A DNA stretch of 38,389 nt from Patescibacteria group bacterium (GCA_038063915.1 JBBTUE010000003.1:1-38389); one strand, 5' to 3'. Shown: positions 10,421 through 19,881, numbered from the stretch's first letter. Notes: generated by a model not told the origin, from the letters alone. Made by a program: numbers and translations.

Positions 10421-10786
10421 TTAATTTCTAGTTTCCATTACTTCAACCTCAGAAGATAGTTCTGGGTTTACTACTCCTTTCTCTACAATATTTTTGTTTT
10501 TTAAATAAAAGGTAACAGAAAAAACTCCAACGAATATAATTAGAGTTGCTAGGAAAATATTACGAGTACGACGACGAGACAAAAAGCTTCCAACTGCAAA
10601 CTTGTCTTGTCTTATCTTTTGCTTAAAAAGATAGTTTTGTACCTCCTCTTCGGTTGTAACCCAGCTCCTACCGACTTTCTTACCTTTAATGTCTCCTTGG
10701 CGTATTAAATAACCTAAGTAGTCTTGTGTATAGCCACTTATTTTTGCAGCCTGGTTAAGATTTATGATTTTTTTTAGGGATTCCAT
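10421..10786 (-). CDS. Excisionase-like (HTH_17/MerR-type) helix-turn-helix protein with one C-terminal transmembrane helix
   Basis: INLNQAAKISGYTQDYLGYLIRQGDIKGKKVGRSWVTT, then a basic patch RRRTR and hydrophobic IFLATLIIFVGVFSVTFYL. Start moved to ATG 10786 (MESLKK); the ORF-track start 10840 is also possible. Confidence 0.8.
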   Translation of the reverse strand: MESLKKIINLNQAAKISGYTQDYLGYLIRQGDIKGKKVGRSWVTTEEEVQNYLFKQKIRQDKFAVGSFLSRRRTRNIFLATLIIFVGVFSVTFYLKNKNIVEKGVVNPELSSEVEVMETRN

Positions 10787-10918
10787 TTTGTTAATATATA
10801 TAAGGCTATATCGGATAGACGAGATAAAAATTTTACCCATCTCGGACTACCGATATCTCTTTAAAACTATATATATTATAGTCAAAAAGACCTTTTTAAT
10901 CCAATAAAAAAATCTTAG

Positions 10919-10927
10919 TTATGCACA
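10919..10927 (+). promoter_or_regulatory. DnaA-box-like site TTATGCACA upstream of the HTH gene promoter (-10 TATAAT at 10875-10880, minus strand)
   Basis: One mismatch to TTATCCACA; intergenic. Confidence 0.45.
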
Positions 10928-10946
10928 GGTCTTTAAATATTGTTTT

Positions 10947-12227
10947 TTAGAGCTCAGTTTTCTTTTTTAGCCATATAATACAAGCTAAAAGTACTACTAG
11001 TAAAAACGAAGCGGCTAGAGCTTCTGTATTCGATCCCCCTCTAGGAGTTTGAGTCTGTGTACTAGGCTCTACTCTTAGTATTCCTTCACTTAGGAGTACA
11101 GTGTGATCTTTGTTGAAACCGTAAATACGAACTTCATAATCGCCTTCCTGGCCAAGTGGTGGGATACTGGTTTGATAAGTTTTGTTTTGGCTATTATAGA
11201 TAAAAAGATAAGCCCTAGCGTCTGTTTTAGACGGTGTGGTTATCTCTAGCCATAAATCGCTAAATCCTTCGAATGTCTTTGATGTGCTTTGAGCACTAAT
11301 TGTATCAGTGCTAGTGACCTCCCTGATGTTGCCTATCGGAGAGATGACCTGACCCTTTTGTATTACAAGGAAGTGTGGAAGGAAATCCTTGCTTTTAATC
11401 GGAGGTGGGGGTAACACCACTGGAGTATTTTCTTGAAGATTGAAAAAAACTTTTACCCCAACCCCAGAAGAAAACTCTCCTGAGGTTTCTCGGGTAAAGA
11501 GAGTGTAATAATATGTTTGACCTATTACAACATTTTTATCAAGAAAATACTCAGAGCCCCCTTCATAAACCAAGGTACCAGTAAATGGACTAGACCGGAA
11601 ACGGTCACCACTCTTCATAATACGAATGTAATCAAAATCCTGATCAATTGGATTACTCCACCGCAGTGTGATGCCTTGCTGTCCTACTAAAGCGCGAACA
11701 TTTGATGGATTTGGTATATGGTATTCCTCAGGAAAAGAAATGGTGGTAAAGTTACTACTATAACTTGCGCCAATTGAATTAGTCCTTCCTTCTACTACAA
11801 TTAAAAAAAAGTATTGAGTCCCTGGTTTTAGCCCGGTTAGGACAGCACTGTGATCTGTCACAAAAACTATACTACGCATGCTACCATTTTTGACTTCGCT
11901 GGTTTCTCCCCATGTGACTGTGGCAAAAGTTGGTGATTGTGTTTTGAAATCAATAACAGCCTTATCGACTCCAAGGGTAATAACTACATCATGTATAAAT
12001 TGAGTATAACCTCCCCCGCCGTGAGGAGGGGGTGGTGGAGGAATAACCGCACAATCATTGGGACAACTAAGTACTGTTTCACCATTACTCGGCTCACAAA
12101 TACTATTATTATTGCAACCTTCAACAATAAGATTCACAGGGATGGTGGAGCTAGCTGCTAAAGCAATGTTCGTACTACTAAGTAAGAATAATATTAGGAA
12201 TAAAATTATTCGGTAGAAAGATTTCAT
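10947..12227 (-). CDS. Secreted, C-terminally membrane-anchored protein with a Cys-rich motif and two fibronectin type III-like domains
   Basis: Signal peptide; CNNNSICEPSNGETVLSCPNDC; HSAVLTGLKPGTQYFF; ITLRWSNP...YYYTLFT; C-terminal hydrophobic helix followed by KKK. Confidence 0.8.
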   Translation of the reverse strand: MKSFYRIILFLILFLLSSTNIALAASSTIPVNLIVEGCNNNSICEPSNGETVLSCPNDCAVIPPPPPPHGGGGYTQFIHDVVITLGVDKAVIDFKTQSPTFATVTWGETSEVKNGSMRSIVFVTDHSAVLTGLKPGTQYFFLIVVEGRTNSIGASYSSNFTTISFPEEYHIPNPSNVRALVGQQGITLRWSNPIDQDFDYIRIMKSGDRFRSSPFTGTLVYEGGSEYFLDKNVVIGQTYYYTLFTRETSGEFSSGVGVKVFFNLQENTPVVLPPPPIKSKDFLPHFLVIQKGQVISPIGNIREVTSTDTISAQSTSKTFEGFSDLWLEITTPSKTDARAYLFIYNSQNKTYQTSIPPLGQEGDYEVRIYGFNKDHTVLLSEGILRVEPSTQTQTPRGGSNTEALAASFLLVVLLACIIWLKKKTEL

Positions 12228-12234
12228 TATTTTA

Positions 12235-13014
12235 TTATAGCGTAACCGCCGTCACAGTAACAGTTGCAGTATAGTTCCCAGATGTTTGAATATGACTTGA
12301 ACCTGACTCAGCACGGAATCGCACAGTCACAGGTGTACCACTAGGATGATTACTAGATGCACTTCCGGCAATACTAGCAGGTGTAGTTGATAGCCCGTCC
12401 CAACATTTCCCACTCGTCTCTGATGAGCCAGTATTACAAGCGGACGTTCCATTATCCTTAAATCGAGCTATAGTATCAGCACCTTCTGGAGAAAAACCAA
12501 AAGACGAGTTGGCGGCTGCATTTGTAAAAGTATAGTCAGGATTCCCTCCAGCTGGTACATAATTTGCAAAAGAATCTAAAGAAGATTTAAGAGCTGGAGT
12601 GGTAGAAGTTTGAATAGTCATTGAGTACCCGGCGGTACTGTCAGTAGTTACTGTCCAAGTCGTTGTACCTTCGCTTCCTTCACCTGATATACCACCAATA
12701 GAAGATAGGGCTAGATCAGAAGGAGATGTGAGCGCAATATAAGCTCCTTGCATTTGCCAGTACCCAGCATGCATATAGTAGGTAGAGCTATTCGAATCCC
12801 CTGTTGCAATTTCACCCCCTGTGTCATTAAGATTATAGCTTGTTGATGTTGACGGAGCTCCTCCGACATTTACACTATCCGACTGGATCTTATAAGTAGT
12901 ACTTTGCATAACATACGCTCTACTTATATAAGATGGAAAAAATAACCCTAAAATTAGAATAGAAAACGCAAAACAGGCATATATGTCTTTAAAAAAAGAA
13001 TCAAGAAATTTCAT
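12235..13014 (-). CDS. Secreted WxL-like/pilin-like subunit with an N-terminal extension; paralog of 14020-14661
   Basis: Signal peptide; TTWTVTTDSTAGYSMT; terminal strand GNYTATVTVTAVTL. Family assignment is from motif recall only. Confidence 0.6.
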   Translation of the reverse strand: MKFLDSFFKDIYACFAFSILILGLFFPSYISRAYVMQSTTYKIQSDSVNVGGAPSTSTSYNLNDTGGEIATGDSNSSTYYMHAGYWQMQGAYIALTSPSDLALSSIGGISGEGSEGTTTWTVTTDSTAGYSMTIQTSTTPALKSSLDSFANYVPAGGNPDYTFTNAAANSSFGFSPEGADTIARFKDNGTSACNTGSSETSGKCWDGLSTTPASIAGSASSNHPSGTPVTVRFRAESGSSHIQTSGNYTATVTVTAVTL

Positions 13015-13024
13015 TTTAATTAAA

Positions 13025-14002
13025 CTACTTTCTCCTTAGTTCGAAACGAGTTGCAATATAGTAACCAATAGTAACGATAAGTATAATACCAACAAGAACC
13101 ATGAGTAATATCTTCCAAGGTATAATCCAGAAGGCTACTTTAGACTCTGCATATTCAGTTCCGTACCCTTTATAAAGAGAGAGATTCGCCGTATAGCGGC
13201 CAAGGCCAAAACCTTGTTTCCAAGACACTTCGTGGTATCGAATAGAATCAGGAAGTGCAAAGTATGCATTGACAGGCAATACTTCTATAGATTTACCGAA
13301 TATGTTCTTAATAGTTATTGTTCCATAAGGTACGAGGTGTACGTTACCTGTGTTTTTATATGCAATTTCAAACCCCTCAGGGCGTTTTTCATAGAATGCT
13401 TTGGATGGACCAATAACTTTAAAATCTGAAAGTGATCCTTCTTCTTTACCTTTACCATTAACTCTAACCAACAAAATAGACCCTATGCGAGATACAAGCC
13501 TTGTTTTGCCTTCTACTTCAGTAGGCTTGCTATTGGGTCCAATCTCCGGATTGTTTGTCACAATAAGGGCTCCATAATAACCTCTAGGCTCTACGTTGGT
13601 TGGCACAGATATATCTACTGGTATTGTAATACGCTCACCAAACTTTAATGAGAATGTGCTAATCTCAGGCTTTATAAAATCTTTAATAGAATAAGGCCCT
13701 CTTTCATTGCCTAGAAGTTTTATAGGTTGTTGTGAGTTATCACTACCAACCAAGTCCTCTGCACTTAAGATAAAGTCAACAGTTTTATTGATGCGGTTAG
13801 TTATACTGATTTGCTTTGTTACATGCTCTCCAGGGTTAAGAAATATTTCAGTTTTTCCTGGTTCTACTGCAAAGTCATTAAAATCCTGTGTCGTAATAAA
13901 AGTCCGATCTACAGCAGCAATGGCTGACTGACCAAAAAATAAGATTGCAGATAAAACCACAACAGAAAAAATTATTTTTTTATATTTGTTTATTATATTC
14001 AC
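13025..14002 (-). CDS. DUF916/WxL-interacting-like protein with a C-terminal TM helix
   Basis: Signal peptide; VEPGKTEIFLNPGE; IPVDISVPTNVEPRGYYGAL; YKNTGNVHLVPYGTITIKN; GRYTANLSLYKG; FWIIPW followed by a TM helix. Confidence 0.7.
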   Translation of the reverse strand: MNIINKYKKIIFSVVVLSAILFFGQSAIAAVDRTFITTQDFNDFAVEPGKTEIFLNPGEHVTKQISITNRINKTVDFILSAEDLVGSDNSQQPIKLLGNERGPYSIKDFIKPEISTFSLKFGERITIPVDISVPTNVEPRGYYGALIVTNNPEIGPNSKPTEVEGKTRLVSRIGSILLVRVNGKGKEEGSLSDFKVIGPSKAFYEKRPEGFEIAYKNTGNVHLVPYGTITIKNIFGKSIEVLPVNAYFALPDSIRYHEVSWKQGFGLGRYTANLSLYKGYGTEYAESKVAFWIIPWKILLMVLVGIILIVTIGYYIATRFELRRK

Positions 14003-14019
14003 AAAAAGGGGTTAATGAA

Positions 14020-14661
14020 TTAGATAGTGACGGCTGTTGCTGTAACTGTAGCTTGATATGATCCTGAGGCAGCATATATACCATCCTGTTCAGCAGCACC
14101 ACAAAAAGTAGTATCTATTCCAGTAGTTGGAGTTGTCGTCGCTCTAGTAGAAATTGCTACCAAGGCGACTTTAGTATTACGATATTTTAAAGTTGCGCTA
14201 GGTGTTCCAGCGGAACCACAATCTGAACCTGTCCCCCATGTACCAGTAGGAGTATCTGTTCCAAAGGCTGAGTAACCAAATTCTTTATTGCCAGAAGGAA
14301 CATCCCATGTTTCAGGAGTCTCTGCAACTGCTGTAGTATAGTCTGCAAAAGAATTACCTCCACTTACAAGAGAGGGAGAAGCTTGTGCATTGAAAGAAAG
14401 AGAATAGCCAGTAGCATTGTTGGTCTTCACATTCCAAGTAGAGCTACATATTGCACTATTTACAGAAACAGTAATAGCTGGTGACAAAGCACAATCAGCC
14501 GGTGAAGTAATAGTGATACCAGAAGTGACTGTTAAAGTAACTAATATATCATCTGTTATAGCTTCTACTATAGGAGCTTCGAACGCCATATAAAACAACT
14601 GGAGAGATAGGAGTGAGGCAATTGATAATGCGATAACTTTTTTAAATATGCTCTTTTTCAT
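14020..14661 (-). CDS. Secreted WxL-like/pilin-like subunit (single domain; candidate major subunit)
   Basis: Signal peptide; STWNVKTNNATGYSLS; terminal strand GSYQATVTATAVTI; clear similarity to 12235-13014. Confidence 0.6.
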   Translation of the reverse strand: MKKSIFKKVIALSIASLLSLQLFYMAFEAPIVEAITDDILVTLTVTSGITITSPADCALSPAITVSVNSAICSSTWNVKTNNATGYSLSFNAQASPSLVSGGNSFADYTTAVAETPETWDVPSGNKEFGYSAFGTDTPTGTWGTGSDCGSAGTPSATLKYRNTKVALVAISTRATTTPTTGIDTTFCGAAEQDGIYAASGSYQATVTATAVTI

Positions 14662-14669
14662 ATGAGTAT

Positions 14670-14719
14670 ATTATCGCAGAAAATTATATTAAAAGCAAGG
14701 AAAAGTCGAGTTATCCACA
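14670..14719 (-). promoter_or_regulatory. Sigma70-like promoter TTGCTT-17-GATAAT for 14661, plus a perfect DnaA box at 14711-14719
   Basis: Direct reading of the sequence. Confidence 0.6.
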
Positions 14720-14721
14720 GG

Positions 14722-15402
14722 CTAAAGTCCTTGTTTCCAAAGGTTTATTTTCTTATGGTCACCTGAGAGCAAAACTTTAGGAACTCTGTATTTCTTTTTG
14801 TTATAGACGAGTACCTCTGGTCGAGTGTAAACTTCACTTTTTGATATTCTCTCTTCTTCTCTAGAGCCAAAGTTGCCGAGTACACCCTCTATCTGACGAG
14901 AAATGGAGTCGATGAGTACCATAGCTGGAATTTCTCCTCCTGTGAGTACATAATCCCCTATTGAGTATTTTTTTGTCTTTAAAATTTTATCAAGACGAGC
15001 ATCGATGCCCTCGTAGCGACCACAAATCATGATAATGTCTGTATATTTTTTAGAAATATTTTTTGCAGAGCTTGTTGTAAACTTCTCCGCGCTTGGGACG
15101 AAGTTTATAGTTAGAATTTTTGTTTTTTTTCTTTTGTATATTTTCTTTGTAATTTGTTCAACTGCTTTTATTATCGGCTCAGCCATCATGACCATACCCG
15201 GACCCCCGGCGTATGGACGCTCGTCTATTTGGAGAGATACATTGCCATCGGGCCAGACTTTGCGGTATTTACCAGTCACAAATTTCCTAGGATTTACGAA
15301 CGACACACTGATCTTCTTTTGCTTTATTGCTCGCCCCAAAATAGACTCCTTTAGGTAGGAGTCAAACATCTCTGGAAATAGTGTCACTACATGAAAATTC
15401 AT
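14722..15402 (-). CDS. trmD: tRNA (guanine-N1)-methyltransferase
   Basis: MNFHVVTLFPEMF, DERPYAGGPGMVM, ICGRYEGIDAR, SIGDYVLTGGEIPAMVLIDSISR, YTRP, VPKVLLSGDH. Confidence 0.97.
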   Translation of the reverse strand: MNFHVVTLFPEMFDSYLKESILGRAIKQKKISVSFVNPRKFVTGKYRKVWPDGNVSLQIDERPYAGGPGMVMMAEPIIKAVEQITKKIYKRKKTKILTINFVPSAEKFTTSSAKNISKKYTDIIMICGRYEGIDARLDKILKTKKYSIGDYVLTGGEIPAMVLIDSISRQIEGVLGNFGSREEERISKSEVYTRPEVLVYNKKKYRVPKVLLSGDHKKINLWKQGL

Positions 15403-15431
15403 AAGGTCAATATATCACAAATATTCCCAAT

Positions 15432-15459
15432 TTGACACTTTTTTATATAGATGTATAGT
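15432..15459 (+). promoter_or_regulatory. Sigma70 promoter TTGACA-16-TATAGT for orphan 15485
   Basis: Near-consensus hexamers 25 nt before the ATG. Confidence 0.7.
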
Positions 15460-15484
15460 TAAAGAAAAATAAAAAATAATAGCT

Positions 15485-16162
15485 ATGAGTACCCATAAAT
15501 TTACTGTCGCTGAGTTAATGAATTTCTTTAGCGAAAATGTAGCCTTTGACGACAGAGGAGCTAAGTTTGCATATCATGCCTCAAAGCCATGGAAAAATAT
15601 GTTGCTTGAAAACGGAGACAAGATAATTAAAAGCATTGGTGATTACTTAAAAAAAATCAGTGAAATTAAATTTACGACGACAAGTGTCGAACCCGATATT
15701 GAGCAGTTGAAACAGTGTTGGATTATGCTCCTTCAAGATCTGGTAAAAAAAGAGGGAATCAAAACTGAGCCCGAAGTATTTGGTTTTACTAAATGGACTG
15801 AGTGGGCTTGTAATTATAAGACAGAGCAACTAATTAAAATACTGGAACAGAGAAGAATTAATGACCTTTTCACATTCTTTACTCAAGCCCTGCTCGAGGA
15901 AGACAGGGAGGAATATATCAATAAATCTGCTGAGAGAAACAGCATCATTACGCAGGGCAGAACTATAATACCAAAGATTGGTAATTATATGAAAAAAATA
16001 GATGACTTGCTCCATGAAGCAGATACAGAAGAATTAAATTGGGTAAAATATTGTTATGTAAATATGTTACATAACATAACAATTAAAGAAAAAATATTTC
16101 TGGATCATACCCTTCTTAATTTTGACGAATGGACGGAATGGGCATGTAGCTATGAGCCCTAA
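15485..16162 (+). CDS. Hypothetical protein with two copies of a ~70-aa domain ending WTEWACxY
   Basis: 225-aa ORF with its own promoter and terminator; the internal duplication is visible in the translation. Confidence 0.8.
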   Translation: MSTHKFTVAELMNFFSENVAFDDRGAKFAYHASKPWKNMLLENGDKIIKSIGDYLKKISEIKFTTTSVEPDIEQLKQCWIMLLQDLVKKEGIKTEPEVFGFTKWTEWACNYKTEQLIKILEQRRINDLFTFFTQALLEEDREEYINKSAERNSIITQGRTIIPKIGNYMKKIDDLLHEADTEELNWVKYCYVNMLHNITIKEKIFLDHTLLNFDEWTEWACSYEP

Positions 16163-16170
16163 AATAATAC

Positions 16171-16200
16171 AAAAAGTCCCGCAACTTCGCGGGACTTTTT
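16171..16200. terminator. Bidirectional intrinsic terminator between the orphan and khpA
   Basis: aaaaagtcccgc-aacttc-gcgggacttttt between convergent genes. Confidence 0.85.
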
Positions 16201-16211
16201 ACATATATAAT

Positions 16212-16544
16212 TTATATTCCTTTTAGGTCTTCCAGTGCAGAATCGACAGATCGGGAAGCTTCACTAGCTGGCATAGAGGCTGGAGCTTGGTGAGTACTGC
16301 CTTCTGGTTCATTAATTTTTAGGTTTACGCGAGCGTTGTTCTTCATACCAATAACACGCAAGAGTGTCCGGATAGCTTTAGCAGTATTGCCTTGGCGACC
16401 AATTATTTTACCCATATCAGCGGCGTTGACCGTCATAGTTATAAGTACCCCCATCTCATCGACTGTTCGGTCGATTTTTACATCCTCTGGATGATCAACC
16501 AATGCCTTAACTACATACTCAAGAAATGCTTTATCATCTGCCAT
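16212..16544 (-). CDS. khpA: KH-domain RNA-binding protein (KhpA/YlqC family)
   Basis: FLEYVVKALVDHPEDV, DMGKIIGRQGNTAKAIRTLL; lies directly downstream of rpsP. Confidence 0.93.
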   Translation of the reverse strand: MADDKAFLEYVVKALVDHPEDVKIDRTVDEMGVLITMTVNAADMGKIIGRQGNTAKAIRTLLRVIGMKNNARVNLKINEPEGSTHQAPASMPASEASRSVDSALEDLKGI

Positions 16545-16633
16545 ATAGTCTTTTGTAGTATTAATCTTAATCTGCGCAGTGTATCGACTACAACCTGCCT
16601 ATAAAATAGTATATCATAGCTATGTTTTGTTGC

Positions 16634-16667
16634 AATTAAAAACCCCTAGTTTGAGGGGTTTTTAATT
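16634..16667 (-). terminator. Intrinsic terminator after rpsP
   Basis: aattaaaaacccct-agtttg-aggggtttttaatt. Confidence 0.8.
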
Positions 16668-16971
16668 AGGCTTTTTTAAGTTCTTTACGAGCTTTGGTAG
16701 GAGATTTCTTAGACAAAGCATTCTTTTTCTTACCATCAATCACTTTCTGGTGGATGAGAAAGTTGTGGATAGTAGCTGAAGTTTGAGCTCCATTGCTTAT
16801 CCAGTGTTTGATGCGATCAGCTTTAAATAATACTTCACCACTTTTCAAATTATATGATCCAAGAATTTCCTTAAACTTTCCACTTTTAGCTGAATTCTTT
16901 GAATCTGTCAGGACAACACGAAAAGATGAATCATTCTTGCGACCTACTCTCTGTAATCTTATTTTTAACAT
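16666..16971 (-). CDS. rpsP: 30S ribosomal protein S16
   Basis: MLKIRLQRVGRKNDSSFRVVLTDS...GKFKEILGSYN...IKHWISNGAQTS. Confidence 0.97.
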   Translation of the reverse strand: MLKIRLQRVGRKNDSSFRVVLTDSKNSAKSGKFKEILGSYNLKSGEVLFKADRIKHWISNGAQTSATIHNFLIHQKVIDGKKKNALSKKSPTKARKELKKA

Positions 16972-17034
16972 AGGGACATCCTACCACAAAGCATTATATG
17001 AATCAAGCCTTTATTTATATGCTATACTGTCGAT

Positions 17035-19008
17035 GTGAAAGGGGCTAAACCAAAACCAAAAAATCGCCATAAGAGCACTAATAACACAAAAGAATGGCAT
17101 AAAGATCGCCATGTAGAAGGAATAATACATATATCTCATAAAGGTATAGGCACTCTGCGGATTAAAACGAGTAATGAGACAGTCGAAGTCGATCATAGCT
17201 TTTTACATACAGCTTGCAACGGTGATACGGTAAGAGTAATCCTCCATCCCAAAAAAAGAGATAGCGAGCAGACTGGTGAAGTATCGGCTATATTGCGTCG
17301 TTCAAAGAAAGGGTTTTCAGGAATACTTGAGCGTGAACATGAGACGTACTTCCTCATACCAAGTGATTTGAAAATGTATGCAGATATTATCATCCCAGAG
17401 AATAAATTGAATGGTGCTAAAATTGGTCAAAAAGTATTCGTGACTATAGTAGAGTGGAAAGATGCAAAGAAAGCTCCTATTGGTGAAGTTATAAAAATAC
17501 TGGGAATGCCTATGGAGCACAATGCCGAAATGGAAGCCATAGCCTTGGAAAAAGGTTTTGACGCGTTATTTCCACCAGATGTTGTAAAAGAATCAGAGTC
17601 AATTTCAAAGAATGGTATCAAAGAAGAGGATATAAAAGGACGACGTGATATACGCACGACCACAACGTTTACTATAGATCCAGAAGACGCTAAAGATTTT
17701 GACGACGCAATATCATTCAAGAAAATGTCTGATGGTCTATATGAAGTTGGTATCCATATTGCCGATGTATCATACTATGTAAGGCAAAATACTAGTTTGG
17801 ATGAAGAAGCCCGCAGGCGTGGAACTTCGGTGTATCTTGTAGATCGGACTATACCTATGTTGCCAGAGGAATTATCAAATGACCTCTGTAGCTTGAATCC
17901 AAATGTAGACAGACTTACATTCTCTGCCATATTTGAAATGGATATACATGGCCATGTACGTAAAGAATGGTTTGGGAGAACTATTATCCATTCAGATAAA
18001 CGTTTTACTTACGAGAATGCCCAGAAAGTCTTAGATGACGGACATGGGGTAATGTGGAGTGAACTAAACACTCTAAATAATATTGCGAAGAAATTGGCTA
18101 AAAAAAGATTCGACGAGGGAGCTATTATTCTCGATCAAGAAGAAGTTAAATTCAAATTAGACAAAGATGGTGTCCCTCTTTCTGTATATACCAAGGAGCG
18201 TGGTGATACGAACAAATTAATAGAAGAACTTATGCTTCTAGCAAATAGACGCGTGGCAGAACATATGTCTAACAAGAAAAGTGGCACGCAAGGTGTATTT
18301 TTATACCGTATCCATGGCCTGCCAAATAAGGAAAAGATGCAAGACTTGGTAACTTTCTTAAAAAGGCTTGGATACAATATGAAACTGAAAGACGGTATTA
18401 TCCCATCTGAGGAAATAAATACTCTCATTGGTAAACTCGAACACAACCCCCTTCGAGATACAGTTCATAGCGCTATTATACGAACTATGGCCAAGGCTAT
18501 CTACTCGACAAAAAATATTGGCCACTACGGCCTCGGATTTAAATTCTACACCCACTTTACATCTCCTATTCGTAGATACCCTGACATAATAGTGCATAGA
18601 CTTCTATCCTCTTATCTCTCAAATAAAGCTATACCAAAGGAAAGATGGCTTGAATACGAGGAGATGAGTACAGAGGCTTCAAATCGCGAGAAAGAAGCTG
18701 CTGAAGCTGAGCGCGAATCTATAAAGTACAAACAGGTTGAATATATGTCTTACCGTATTGGGGAAACCTATAGCGGTATCATCACTGGAGTTACAGAGTG
18801 GGGTCTTTATATCGAAGAAGAAACTACAAAATGTGAGGGTATGGCTCGTATGAGGGATTTGAAGGATGATTATTATGAATTTGATAAAAAGTATATGAGT
18901 ATAAAAGGTAAAAAGACTCATAAGAAATATACTTTGGGAGATAAACTAAAATTTAAAGTCAGAGCAGTTGATAGGAATAAGAAAACTATCGATTATGAGA
19001 TAATATAG
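17035..19008 (+). CDS. rnr: Ribonuclease R (RNB family)
   Basis: FTIDPEDAKDFDDAIS, VHIADVS-like GIHIADVSYYV, RGTSVYL, LIEELMLLAN, YTHFTSPIRRYPDIIVHR, C-terminal S1 domain. Confidence 0.95.
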   Translation: MKGAKPKPKNRHKSTNNTKEWHKDRHVEGIIHISHKGIGTLRIKTSNETVEVDHSFLHTACNGDTVRVILHPKKRDSEQTGEVSAILRRSKKGFSGILEREHETYFLIPSDLKMYADIIIPENKLNGAKIGQKVFVTIVEWKDAKKAPIGEVIKILGMPMEHNAEMEAIALEKGFDALFPPDVVKESESISKNGIKEEDIKGRRDIRTTTTFTIDPEDAKDFDDAISFKKMSDGLYEVGIHIADVSYYVRQNTSLDEEARRRGTSVYLVDRTIPMLPEELSNDLCSLNPNVDRLTFSAIFEMDIHGHVRKEWFGRTIIHSDKRFTYENAQKVLDDGHGVMWSELNTLNNIAKKLAKKRFDEGAIILDQEEVKFKLDKDGVPLSVYTKERGDTNKLIEELMLLANRRVAEHMSNKKSGTQGVFLYRIHGLPNKEKMQDLVTFLKRLGYNMKLKDGIIPSEEINTLIGKLEHNPLRDTVHSAIIRTMAKAIYSTKNIGHYGLGFKFYTHFTSPIRRYPDIIVHRLLSSYLSNKAIPKERWLEYEEMSTEASNREKEAAEAERESIKYKQVEYMSYRIGETYSGIITGVTEWGLYIEEETTKCEGMARMRDLKDDYYEFDKKYMSIKGKKTHKKYTLGDKLKFKVRAVDRNKKTIDYEII

Positions 19009-19011
19009 TTT

Positions 19012-19818
19012 ATGCGTCGTAAATTTATACTTATAACATGTGTGATCCTAACCTCAATTGTGGGATTCTGGGGAGGTTTTACTATTACAAAATTTATAGC
19101 TTCACCCAAAAAAGACATACCTCAAGTTCTCGATTCTATAAAGGAAAAGCCTAAAATAATAGAGGAGGTATCCCCTGTTGTTACCGTACTACCTGAGCAA
19201 AAGACGAAAGACAAACCTAAGGTAAGTAAGTGCCTACAACCAAAGAAAGAGTACGCCGATGAATCATATCTTGATGTCGGACAAGATGTTAGCCTAGAAG
19301 ATAAATCTTATATCCCTTCTGACTTGATATTGCTCGATAGCAGTATTACTGTATCCCCTGTTTGTTTAAAGAGAGAAGCTGGAGAAGCTGTAGTAAATAT
19401 GATAAAAGAGGCAATGGCTGACAGAATTAGAATAAAAGTATCATCTGGATTCCGTGACTACTCAACTCAAGAAATCATTTTAAATAGAAACATCAAAGAT
19501 GGCAACAAAAATGCGAGTGTCGCAGTCGCAAAGCCGGGCTACTCGGAACATCAGCTCGGTACAACTGTCGACCTAACAGGTTCTTCTGTAAACTACGCAA
19601 CTGCTTCTGGTAAATTTGATGGGAGTCCCGAAGCAAAGTGGCTAGAAGAACACTCATACGAGTATGGTTTTATAATGAGCTATCCAAAAGGCAAAGAAGA
19701 TATAACAGGCTATATGTACGAACCGTGGCATTATCGTTATGTAGGCATAAACTATGCCAAAGAGATAATAGAAAGTGGGCAGACTATAAACCAATTTTTG
19801 AAAGCGAAGAAAATTTAA
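19012..19818 (+). CDS. D-alanyl-D-alanine carboxypeptidase, M15B/VanY family, N-terminally membrane anchored
   Basis: SSGFRDYSTQ, AKPGYSEHQLGTTVD, YGFIMSYPKGKEDITGYMYEPWHYRYVG. Confidence 0.92.
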   Translation: MRRKFILITCVILTSIVGFWGGFTITKFIASPKKDIPQVLDSIKEKPKIIEEVSPVVTVLPEQKTKDKPKVSKCLQPKKEYADESYLDVGQDVSLEDKSYIPSDLILLDSSITVSPVCLKREAGEAVVNMIKEAMADRIRIKVSSGFRDYSTQEIILNRNIKDGNKNASVAVAKPGYSEHQLGTTVDLTGSSVNYATASGKFDGSPEAKWLEEHSYEYGFIMSYPKGKEDITGYMYEPWHYRYVGINYAKEIIESGQTINQFLKAKKI

Positions 19819-19852
19819 ATAAAAAAACACCCTACAACAAGGGAATTTTTAT

Positions 19853-19881
19853 TTGACAAAATTTGGTTAAAATTGTAATCT
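19853..19881 (+). promoter_or_regulatory. Sigma70 promoter TTGACA-17-TAATCT for orphan 19903
   Basis: Consensus -35 and a TAnnnT -10. Confidence 0.6.

Noticed and set aside
10860-10887. dif-like look of tttaaaacta-tatata-ttatagtcaaa
   Set aside because: The arms match poorly, and it is better explained as the TATAAT promoter of the HTH gene.
10919-14719. Replication origin call from DnaA boxes
   Set aside because: The boxes are isolated and kilobases apart, with no cluster, DUE or dnaA/dnaN neighbour.
16052-16076. 10-bp inverted repeat tgttatgtaa-atatg-ttacataaca with a XerD-arm-like TTATGTAAA
   Set aside because: It lies inside a coding region, is very AT-rich, and has no XerC arm at the 6-bp spacing; not called as dif.
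16545-16615. Possible structured khpA leader (GTAGT...ACTAC pairing)
   Set aside because: The stem is too short to support an ncRNA or riboswitch call.
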